A stretch of DNA of 64,000 bases from Actinomycetota bacterium (lineage in GTDB: Bacteria; Actinomycetota; Nitriliruptoria; Nitriliruptorales; Nitriliruptoraceae), in NCBI GenBank assembly GCA_017852335.1, contig JAFMLG010000001.1:2853-66852 (forward strand), given 5' to 3'. Below the pieces are notes generated by a model that worked only from the letters and a program-made list of their open reading frames with translations, was not told the DNA's origin and searched no databases. Below are positions 54,858-62,356 of this stretch, one piece after another (position 1 is the stretch's first letter; the number at the start of each line of letters is the position of its first letter). The translations under genes were made by a program, and so were the position numbers.

Positions 54858-54890
54858 CCTCACGGCGACCTCACGACCCCCTCACGGCGG
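54858..54890 (+). promoter_or_regulatory. three exact 11-bp-phased direct repeats CCTCACG (candidate OmpR-family binding array)
   Basis: CCTCACGgcga CCTCACGaccc CCTCACGgcgg starting at 54858, 54869 and 54880, with degenerate copies either side (GCTCGCACG at 54847, CCTCCACG at 54896). A TACGGT -10-like hexamer lies at 54924-54929 and the regulator start at 55022. Confidence 0.45.
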
Positions 54891-55021
54891 TCGGACCTCC
54901 ACGGACTGCCCCCCGGCCGCTCGTACGGTCGTCACGGTCCAGCGCGACCGAACGGTCCGGGGCGGTCGTCACCGCCGGTGGGGGACACCTCGGGCGGGCG
55001 GTCGGGGACAGAGGTCCGACC

Positions 55022-55768
55022 GTGCCGGTGAGGATCCTCGTGGCGGACGGCGACGGCGACAGCCGCTCGCTGACGGCCCGCGCCCTCGGGGCGGCCGGGC
55101 ACGAGACGCTGGAGGCGGCCAACGGCAGCGAGGCCCTCGCGCGGGCCCGGGAGACCCCGCCGGACCTGGCGGTCCTCGAGGTGGCGCTGCCCGAGGACGC
55201 CGACGGCACGGCGATCGACGGATTCGACGTCTGCCGCGAGCTGCGCCGGGACGGGGACCTACCGGTCATGTTCCTGACCGCGCGCCGGGACCCGGTCGAC
55301 GAACTGGTGGGGCTGGCCGTCGGGGCCGACGCCTACCTCGGCAAGCCCATGATGCCGCGGCTGGTCGTCGCGCACGCCGAGGCGCTGCTGCGGCGCGCCC
55401 GGCGCGTCGGGGCCGAGGCCGCACCGGCGCTGCGCGCCCGCCCGACGACCGACGGCGGCGGCGACGACGGACCACGGACGCTCGCGCTCGACGACCTCGC
55501 GATCGACCTCGACGCGCGCGAGGTCCACGTCAACGGCGCTCCGACCGAGCTGACCCGAACGGAGTACGACCTGCTCGTCGCGCTGGCGCGCAACCCCCGC
55601 CGCGTGCTGACGCGCGAGCAGCTGCTCGAGGAGGTCTGGGGCGACTGGTACGGCAGCGACCACGTGCTCGACGTGCACCTCTCGCGGCTGCGGGCGAAGG
55701 TCCTGGCCGCCGGCGGTCAGCGCATCGGCCACGCGGTCCGCGGGGTGGGGTTCCGGCTGCGGCCGTGA
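55022..55768 (+). CDS. OmpR/PhoB-family response regulator, atypical receiver (Glu at the phospho-acceptor position), orphan
   Basis: Receiver + winged helix (TELTRTEYDLLVALARNPRRVLTREQLL..VWG......HVLDVHLSRLRAKV....VRGVGFRL). The receiver reads RILVADGDGD...PDLAVLEVALP...FLTA...YLGKP. No histidine kinase gene lies in the window. Confidence 0.85.
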   Translation: MPVRILVADGDGDSRSLTARALGAAGHETLEAANGSEALARARETPPDLAVLEVALPEDADGTAIDGFDVCRELRRDGDLPVMFLTARRDPVDELVGLAVGADAYLGKPMMPRLVVAHAEALLRRARRVGAEAAPALRARPTTDGGGDDGPRTLALDDLAIDLDAREVHVNGAPTELTRTEYDLLVALARNPRRVLTREQLLEEVWGDWYGSDHVLDVHLSRLRAKVLAAGGQRIGHAVRGVGFRLRP

Positions 55769-55788
55769 CGGACGCTGCGACCGCGGGA

Positions 55789-55810
55789 CGTGACCGCGGC
55801 GTGAGGCGGC
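55789..55810 (+). repeat. CGTGACC/CGTGAGG heptamers 11 bp apart upstream of secreted paralogue 2
   Basis: CGTGACCgcgg CGTGAGGcggc at 55789 and 55800. A third copy, CGTGACG at 55866 (66 bp = 6 x 11 downstream), abuts the GTG start at 55872. Confidence 0.4.
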
Positions 55811-55871
55811 CGGGACCGCGCGGGGAGGGGACGCGGCCAGCGTCACGGCGTCCCCCCGCGGAGGCCGTGAC

Positions 55872-56648
55872 GTGCCGCTCCCCCGCGCCTCCGCGCTCTC
55901 CGTGCTGGCCGGCCTCGTCGCGGTCGCGGTGCTCGCCGCCCCACCGCCCGGGGATGCCGGGCTCCCGCGGACGGCGGCCGGGATCGCTCCGCTGACGGTC
56001 GCCGACGCGATGGGCTGCGCCGACCTCACCCCACCGCTCGCGGGTACGGGTCGGGTCGTCCCGGCACCGGTCGCCGGACCGATGCGGCTGCCCGGCGACC
56101 TCGAGGTCCAGGTCGCCGGTGGAGCCGTCGTCGCGTGGCGGAGCCCCGGGCCGCCGGTCCGGGCGGCGATCGTCGCCGGGCCGGACCGCGCGCACCTCTA
56201 CTGGTACGAGCCCCCGGGAACCGCCGACGCCGGCCTCCGGCCCCCTGACGCGGCCGCCGGCGAGCCGGCACCCGTCGTCGGCGTCGAGCTCTGCCGCACC
56301 GGTCGGGCGGCACCGGACCTCGAGGCGGTCTGCATCCGCGCCGGGCTGCTGCCCCTCGCGGGACCGAGCACCTACACCGACGGGGCGTTCGACGGCGCGC
56401 TCGGGCCGAGCGTCACCGCGGAGGTGGACCCGGACGACGGCACGCTGTCCTGGGCGACGACCGGGCCGCCGATCGCGGCCGTCGTGACGGCGACCACCTC
56501 CCCCGTCCTCGTCGCGTACGACCCGCCGGCGGCGTCGGGGACGGACGTGCCGTTCCTGGGGACGGACGGGACGACCGGTCGGGTGGTGCTCTGCGGACAG
56601 GGGGTGCTGTCCTCGGCGCCGACCTCGGGCGCGTCGGCGGCGTCGTGA
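55872..56648 (+). CDS. secreted hypothetical protein (paralogue 2): two copies of the Cys-bracketed domain
   Basis: GTG start with GGAGG 7 nt upstream; signal peptide (LSVLAGLVAVAVLAAPP); domain shared with 50812..51552 (VVAWRSPGPPVRAAIVAGPDRAHLYWYEPPGTADAGL...VVGVELC). Confidence 0.6.
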   Translation: MPLPRASALSVLAGLVAVAVLAAPPPGDAGLPRTAAGIAPLTVADAMGCADLTPPLAGTGRVVPAPVAGPMRLPGDLEVQVAGGAVVAWRSPGPPVRAAIVAGPDRAHLYWYEPPGTADAGLRPPDAAAGEPAPVVGVELCRTGRAAPDLEAVCIRAGLLPLAGPSTYTDGAFDGALGPSVTAEVDPDDGTLSWATTGPPIAAVVTATTSPVLVAYDPPAASGTDVPFLGTDGTTGRVVLCGQGVLSSAPTSGASAAS

Positions 56649-56676
56649 CCGCTCCGACGCCCCGCTGCGCGCCCCG

Positions 56677-57504
56677 TCAGGCCGCGGCCGCGACGGACCG
56701 TGCCCCGGCCACGGCGCCCGCCCCGAGCAGGGCCAGGCACCGCTCCCGCTGCTCGCGGAGCAGCCGGACCAGACCGGCCCGGTCCGCGAGGACCTCGCGG
56801 CGGAGGTGCAGCTCGAGGGTGAGCGATGGTGCGGCGACGTCCCGGCCCACACGACCGAGCAGCCCGGCCAGGGGCAGGGTCCCGGACCCCACCGGGAGGT
56901 GGCGGTCGCCCCAGCCGCCGTCGTGGTCCGAGACGTGCAGGTGGGCCGCCCGGGGGCCGAGCACGTCCCAGGCCGCCCCGAGGTCGACGCCCGTCACGGC
57001 GAGGTGGCTCGTGTCGAGCACGACATGGCCGTGGGCAACGAGGTGCTCGGGCCGGGTGGCCGTATGGAGGCGCGGCGCGGCGACGCCGAGCGGGAGCGGG
57101 TAGAGGTTCTCGACGGCGACGCGCGTGCCGTGCGCGGACGCGTCGGCGTCGGCCCGCTCGTCGAGCCACGTCCGGAACGCCCCCTGCCACCGGAACGGCG
57201 GGTGGACGATGACGAGGTCGGCGCCGAGTGACCGCGCCATGACGAGCGTCCGTGCGGCCTTCTCCAGCGGATCGACACCGAGCGCCCGCCGCGTGAGCAG
57301 CAGGAACGGGCCGTGCACGACGGGGACCGGCAGCCCGTGCGCCGCGGCCAACGACGCGACCCCCGCGGCGTCCTGCGTCGCGGGATCCCCGGTGATCATC
57401 AGCTCGACGCCGTCGAAGCCGGCCTCGGCCGCGACACCGAACGCGTCGGAGAGCGGGCGGTGGTGGAACGGCGCCGTCGAGAGGAGGACACGGGGCCCGC
57501 TCAT
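56677..57504 (-). CDS. sugar phosphate isomerase/epimerase (xylose isomerase-like TIM barrel)
   Basis: From ATG 57504: FDGVELM, LVIVHPP, VAVENL, VVLDTSHL, HLHVSDHDG. The 857-aa track ORF is over-extended. Confidence 0.8.
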   Translation of the reverse strand: MSGPRVLLSTAPFHHRPLSDAFGVAAEAGFDGVELMITGDPATQDAAGVASLAAAHGLPVPVVHGPFLLLTRRALGVDPLEKAARTLVMARSLGADLVIVHPPFRWQGAFRTWLDERADADASAHGTRVAVENLYPLPLGVAAPRLHTATRPEHLVAHGHVVLDTSHLAVTGVDLGAAWDVLGPRAAHLHVSDHDGGWGDRHLPVGSGTLPLAGLLGRVGRDVAAPSLTLELHLRREVLADRAGLVRLLREQRERCLALLGAGAVAGARSVAAAA

Positions 57505-58373
57505 GCGCCCCCCCGCTCGCCGACATCGGGCCCGGCGCCGTCGACGAGCGCCAGCGCGTCGCGCAGCCCGTCCGCGTTGAGGGCGAGGAACCCCTCGGCG
57601 GCGCCGCGGCCCGCCCGCGTGGCGAGCGACCGCCAGGTCGCGAGCCCGAGGCAGGCCCGGAGGTCGAACGCCTCGCCGGCGGTGACGTGCTCGTCGAGCG
57701 CGGCGCGCTTCGCATCGAGGTGGTCGGTCACGTCCACGACATGGCTGGGTGCGGGGATCGGGGTGTGCGCCTCGTAGGTCCAGACGGCCGCGCCCTCGCC
57801 CCCACCGGCGTCGAGCGCGTCGAGCAGGCCGGCCGCGACGGCGCGGTGGTCGGGGTGCCGCTCGAGGGGCCACGGCGCGAGCACGAGGTCGGGTGCCGTG
57901 GCCGCGAGCGCGACGGCGGTCGCCGCCGCGAGGTCGGCGCGCCGCGCGGGGAGGCCGCCGTCCGGCAGTCCGAGCGCGGTGTGCGTCGCGTCGGCGCCGC
58001 CGAGCAGGGCCAGCGAGCGTGTGAACTCGGCGCGGCGTCGGCGGGCGATCTCGTGGCCGGGCAGGCGGGCACCGATCGTCGCCTCGCCGTCGGTCACGAG
58101 CAGCGCGTCGATGCGCGCGCCGCGCGAGGCGAGGAGCGCCAGCAGGCCGCCGGCCCCGATCGCCTCGTCGTCGGGATGCGGGACGAGCACGAGGACCCGC
58201 CGCGCGACCGGCGGCAGCAGCGACGGCGTCCGGCCGACCAGGGCGGCCGTGACCCGGAGGGCGGGTGCGAGCAGGTGGTCGGGGACGCGCGGGGCCGCAC
58301 GGGCGACGCGTCGCAGGACGGCGTCCCGACCGGTGCGCCCGACCCCGAGGGCCGACGGTCCGGCCGCGATCAC
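57501..58373 (-). CDS. PIG-L/LmbE-family N-acetylglucosaminyl deacetylase
   Basis: VLVLVPHPDDEAIGAGG motif, HPDH, EAH. The GTG at 58373 forms GTGA with the upstream GT4 stop; its own stop overlaps the next ATG (ATGA). Confidence 0.8.
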   Translation of the reverse strand: MIAAGPSALGVGRTGRDAVLRRVARAAPRVPDHLLAPALRVTAALVGRTPSLLPPVARRVLVLVPHPDDEAIGAGGLLALLASRGARIDALLVTDGEATIGARLPGHEIARRRRAEFTRSLALLGGADATHTALGLPDGGLPARRADLAAATAVALAATAPDLVLAPWPLERHPDHRAVAAGLLDALDAGGGEGAAVWTYEAHTPIPAPSHVVDVTDHLDAKRAALDEHVTAGEAFDLRACLGLATWRSLATRAGRGAAEGFLALNADGLRDALALVDGAGPDVGERGGA

Positions 58374-59638
58374 GGGCGGACCGGGCGGGGCGGGCGGTGC
58401 GGACGGACGACGCGATCGGTCGGCGCCGGCGCGGCGGCCGCCGGGGTCGCCCCTGATACCGGCCCCCCGTCGGGGATGCCGGCGTCGGCGCCGGCTCGCG
58501 CGAGGAGCGCCGCCGCCGTCGCCGCCCACGGGTACCGCGCCGCGCGATCCAGCGCCGCCGCACGCCGGCGGGCCGGCGGGACCGCCAGGACCGCCTCGAC
58601 GCCGGCGGCGAGGTCGCGGGCGTCGCCGTCGGTCGCGGCACCGGCCGCCGTGACCAGCGGCGTGCGGCGACGCGGCGAGACCCAGGACCGCGGGGCCGGA
58701 CCGTCGGACGCGGTGGCGACCGTGTCGGCGAGGCCGAGCAGTTCGGGCACCGCCCCGTCGCGGTGGGCGACGACGGGGACCCCGGACGCGAGCGCCTCGA
58801 GGGCCGCGAGGCCGAACGCCTCGGTGGGACAGGGCGCGAGGACCGCGTCCGCATCGGCGACGACGCGAGCGACCTCGTCCCGGGTGACGTGACCGTGGAA
58901 GGTGGAGCGGACCCAGGGTGCGCGGCGCTCGAGCCGGGTCCGCAGCGGTCCGTCCCCGAGGACGTCGAGGTGGACGTCGTGCCCGCGGGCGATGAGGATC
59001 GTCGCCGCGTCGACCGCGGCCGCCGGGGCCTTCTCCGCCGAGAGCCGCCCGACGAGCGCCAGTCGCACCGGCGCACCGTCCCGTCGGACCGAGGCGGGTG
59101 GGAACGCGTCACGGTCGACGCCCAGCGGCACGACCTCGGCGCCGGCGACGGGGAAGGTGCGCGCGACGCTGCGGCTCGCGACGACGACCGGACCCGCCGC
59201 GTCGGCCAGTCGCCGGTTGGCCTCGGTCTCGGTCGTCGCCGCGACGGCATCGGGGAGGCGGGCGAACGTCCGCAGCGGCGTCAGCAGGCGCTCGTGGACG
59301 ACGAGCGTGGCCGGGACCCCGAGCCCGCGCAGCCAGGGCACCAGCCATGCCAGCGTGAACCGGTCGTGCACCTCGACCGCGTCGGGCGCGAGGGCCTCGA
59401 CGGCCGCCCGGACCGCCGCACGGTCGAGCAGCACGCGGTAGTCGGTGCCGGGGAGGCGCGGGCCCGGCAGCGTCGCGACGGTCCCCTCGGGAGTGCGACG
59501 GCGGGCCCGGCGCCGGCCCGGCACGAGCAGGAGCGGTTCGACGCCGCGCACCGCGTACTCGCGGGCCAGGGCCCCCAGCGCGGTGCGGATCCCGCCGGAG
59601 GTCGGCGTGACGAAGTTCGCGACGCGGAGCAGGCGCAC
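58370..59638 (-). CDS. glycosyltransferase family 4
   Basis: GTG start: MRLLRVANFVTPTSGGIRTAL..LAREY...G.EPLLLVPG; GT-B C-terminal EAFGLAALEALASGVPVVA..DGA.PEL. Confidence 0.8.
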   Translation of the reverse strand: MRLLRVANFVTPTSGGIRTALGALAREYAVRGVEPLLLVPGRRRARRRTPEGTVATLPGPRLPGTDYRVLLDRAAVRAAVEALAPDAVEVHDRFTLAWLVPWLRGLGVPATLVVHERLLTPLRTFARLPDAVAATTETEANRRLADAAGPVVVASRSVARTFPVAGAEVVPLGVDRDAFPPASVRRDGAPVRLALVGRLSAEKAPAAAVDAATILIARGHDVHLDVLGDGPLRTRLERRAPWVRSTFHGHVTRDEVARVVADADAVLAPCPTEAFGLAALEALASGVPVVAHRDGAVPELLGLADTVATASDGPAPRSWVSPRRRTPLVTAAGAATDGDARDLAAGVEAVLAVPPARRRAAALDRAARYPWAATAAALLARAGADAGIPDGGPVSGATPAAAAPAPTDRVVRPHRPPRPVRP

Positions 59639-59647
59639 GGGACCCCC

Positions 59648-60835
59648 TCAGGCCGCGACGCGGTCGGGTGCGCGCCGGTCGTCGATCGCATCGACGACGG
59701 ACCGAGCGCCGGGCGCCGCGTCGCCGTGACGCCTCGCGGCGCGGTCGGCCACGGTCCGGTACTGCAGTTCGAGGTCGTCGACGACCGCGGCCCAGGTCCG
59801 GTGACGCACGCTCGACCGTGCCGCCGCGGCGAGACGGGCCCGCAGCACGTCATCGGCGACCAGGCGTGCGACCGCCGACCGCAGCGCCGCGCCAGGGTCC
59901 CGGACCGAGGGGTCGAACAGCAGCCCGTTCACGTCCGGCTCCACGAGGTCGCGCGGCCCGCCGGCGGCGGGGGCGACGACCGGCACACCGGAGGCCAGCG
60001 CCTCCTGCACGGCCTGGCAGAACGTCTCGTGCTCGCCGGGATGCACGAAGACGTCGAGGTCGGCGTAGGCGCGGGACAGCTCGGTGCCCTGCAGCGAACC
60101 CGTGAACGTGGCCCCGGGAAGCCGGCGCGCCAGCCGGTCACGGACCGGGCCGTCGCCGACGACGACCAGCTCGGCGCCGGGCAGCCGGTCGAGGCCGTCC
60201 AGCCGGTCGAGCTGCTTCTCGCGTGCGAGCCGGCCGACGTACCCGATGCGGACGGGCCGGGCCCCACCGGCGGCCGGGCGGGTCCGGTGCCCGGGGGCGA
60301 ACGCGTCGACGTCGACGCCCCGCGGCCAGAGGTGCACGTCGCCGATGCCGGCCGCGTGCAGGTCCGCGATGGCCGACGTCGACGGAGCCAGCGTCACGTC
60401 GGCGCGCGCGTGCAGGGTCCGCAGCCGCCGCCAGGCCGCCCTGCCCGCCGCCCCGAGCCGGTACTGGGACGCGAACCCGGCGACGTCGGTCTGGTAGATC
60501 GCGACGACCGGGATCCCCAGCCGCACCGCCGCACTGGCCGCGGGGCCGCCGAGGACGAACGGCGACGCGAGATGCACGACGTCGGGCCGGATCGTCGCGA
60601 CCGCGTCCTCGACCGTCCGCGTCGGCAGTCCGACCGGGAACTGACGCAGCCCCGGCAGGCGGACCGACTGGACGCGGACGACCCGGAGCCCCTCGAAGAC
60701 CTCCGGTCCCGGACCGGGCGCGACGATCGTCACGCGGTGGCCGCGGCGGCTCAGCTCGCGGACGACGGTGGTGACGCTGCGCGCGACGCCGTTGACGCTG
60801 GGCGCGAACGACTCGGTGACGACGAGGACGCGCAT
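59648..60835 (-). CDS. glycosyltransferase family 4 (MgtA/SqdX-like N-terminus)
   Basis: From ATG 60835: MRVLVVTESFAPSVNGVARSV..VVRELSRRGH.V.IVAP; GRLAREK; ETFCQAVQEALASGVPVVAPAAGGPRDLV. Confidence 0.85.
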   Translation of the reverse strand: MRVLVVTESFAPSVNGVARSVTTVVRELSRRGHRVTIVAPGPGPEVFEGLRVVRVQSVRLPGLRQFPVGLPTRTVEDAVATIRPDVVHLASPFVLGGPAASAAVRLGIPVVAIYQTDVAGFASQYRLGAAGRAAWRRLRTLHARADVTLAPSTSAIADLHAAGIGDVHLWPRGVDVDAFAPGHRTRPAAGGARPVRIGYVGRLAREKQLDRLDGLDRLPGAELVVVGDGPVRDRLARRLPGATFTGSLQGTELSRAYADLDVFVHPGEHETFCQAVQEALASGVPVVAPAAGGPRDLVEPDVNGLLFDPSVRDPGAALRSAVARLVADDVLRARLAAAARSSVRHRTWAAVVDDLELQYRTVADRAARRHGDAAPGARSVVDAIDDRRAPDRVAA

Positions 60836-61533
60836 CACGCCACCACCGCACCGACCCGCTGGGGCTCGGCCCGGTCCCGGAACGCCCGCGTCCGACCGGC
60901 GAGGGGGCGCGCGACCGTCGTGCGCCAGACCGGCTGCCCGACCAGCCAGGAGAAGGTCGCGCTCCGCTCGCGGTGGCCGAGGACCGCACCGGCCCGCGTC
61001 AGCGCTCCGGTCGGCATCCCCTCCGGGAAGTTCATCTCGCCGTACCAGCCGTCGTACCCGCGGGCCGCGACGAGGTCGTCCATCACGGCCGCGAGACGGT
61101 GCCCCACGTCGTTCCCCCGGACGCCGGCCTCGAGGTTGAAGTGGGCGTGCGCCGGATGGGGCGGCGGCGGCGCGTGCCGGAACGCCCGCCAGCCGTCGAC
61201 GACCCGCAGCCGCAGGAAGCGGCGGAGGCGCGACCCACCCCGCAGGCCCAGCAGGACCGGCAGCGACCCGGCGAACCATCGGAGCCCCGCGCGGCGGGAC
61301 CACCGTCCGTGGTCCCGCTGGTCGAGGCAGCAGAGCAGGTAGCCGCGGACGTGACCGTCCTCCTCGACCACGAACGCGTCACCTCGCGTCAGGTACCAGT
61401 CGAGGCAGAGGCGCGCGTAGGCCTCGGTGTCGAGCCCCGGCACGTCCGGCGGCGACCCGAGGGCCATCGTCGCGACGAAGATGCGCCGCACGTCCGCGTG
61501 GTCGTCGGCTCGGGCCGGGCGGATCTCGGCCAT
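60835..61533 (-). CDS. GNAT-family N-acetyltransferase-like protein
   Basis: ATG 61533 with GGAGGTGG RBS; IRPARADD...V..IF, VVEEDGHVRGYLL, acetyl-CoA motif-A-like HFNLEAGVRGNDVGHRL. Its stop overlaps the next ATG by 1 nt (TGATG). Confidence 0.65.
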   Translation of the reverse strand: MAEIRPARADDHADVRRIFVATMALGSPPDVPGLDTEAYARLCLDWYLTRGDAFVVEEDGHVRGYLLCCLDQRDHGRWSRRAGLRWFAGSLPVLLGLRGGSRLRRFLRLRVVDGWRAFRHAPPPPHPAHAHFNLEAGVRGNDVGHRLAAVMDDLVAARGYDGWYGEMNFPEGMPTGALTRAGAVLGHRERSATFSWLVGQPVWRTTVARPLAGRTRAFRDRAEPQRVGAVVA

Positions 61534-61718
61534 GCCACCTCCGACGCGGCCGGGCGCTCGGACGCCCGGTCCGGTCGCCCCCGATGTCAGTCGCGCGCGG
61601 TGACGGCGAGGAGGAGCCACGGTGACGCGACGCCGTCGGACGGCGACGGTGCGGCGACGCGTCGGTGACGGCCCGACCACGTCCCACCGCTCCGGCCCCG
61701 GTCGGGACGGAGCCGGCC

Positions 61719-62330
61719 CTACCCCTCGTCGACCGCGCGGCGCGGCACCGGAAGTTCCAGGCCGACCAGACGGCTGCCGACGCGCATGACCACGACCACG
61801 ACGGCGGCGGCGGCCAGCCCGACGCCTCCCCACCGCGGCACGACGACGAACGCGACGGCGGCACCGACGGCGGCGGCCGCGGCGTACAGGTCGCCGCTGC
61901 GGTAGAGGATCCCGGGGACCTCCCCCGCGAGGACGTCCCGGATGACGCCGCCACCGACCCCGCTGAGGACCCCGGCGAACACGGTGGCCCAGAACCCGAA
62001 CCCGACCGAGAGCCCCCGCTCGGCCCCGAGCGCGGCGAACACCGCCAGGCCGGTCGTGTCGAGGGCGTAGAAGGCCCGCCCGGTGCGGATGCGACGGTGC
62101 AGCACCGCGACGAGGAGCGCCGTCGCGAAGATCAGCCAGAGCAGCGCCTCGTCGGTCAGGGCCGTCGGCGGCACGACGCCGACGAGGAGGTCCCGCACGG
62201 AGCCCCCGCCGATGGCGGTGACGAAGGCGAGGACGACGATGCCGACCAGGTCGAAGCCGCGTCGCACCGCGGCCAGCGCCCCGGCCCCGGCGAACGTCAC
62301 GGTCCCGATCGCGACGAGGACGTCCTCCAC
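61719..62330 (-). CDS. trimeric intracellular cation channel (TRIC/UPF0126) family membrane protein
   Basis: Two internal repeats each carrying the family Gly motif (TAIGGGSVRD and SGVGGGVIRD); about 7 TM segments; GTG start. Confidence 0.8.
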   Translation of the reverse strand: MEDVLVAIGTVTFAGAGALAAVRRGFDLVGIVVLAFVTAIGGGSVRDLLVGVVPPTALTDEALLWLIFATALLVAVLHRRIRTGRAFYALDTTGLAVFAALGAERGLSVGFGFWATVFAGVLSGVGGGVIRDVLAGEVPGILYRSGDLYAAAAAVGAAVAFVVVPRWGGVGLAAAAVVVVVMRVGSRLVGLELPVPRRAVDEG

Positions 62331-62356
62331 GACGCCTCCCGGAGCGGTGGACCGGC

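Noticed and set aside
54363-55031. 222-aa ORF, and its internal 92-codon ORF from the ATG at 54753, filling the GDE/regulator gap
   Set aside because: About one codon in five ends in A or T, against almost none in genuine genes here. The ORF runs through the hairpin and the 11-bp repeats, and no motif is present. I treat the region as non-coding regulatory sequence. The in-frame N-terminal extension of the regulator (54779) is rejected for the same reason.
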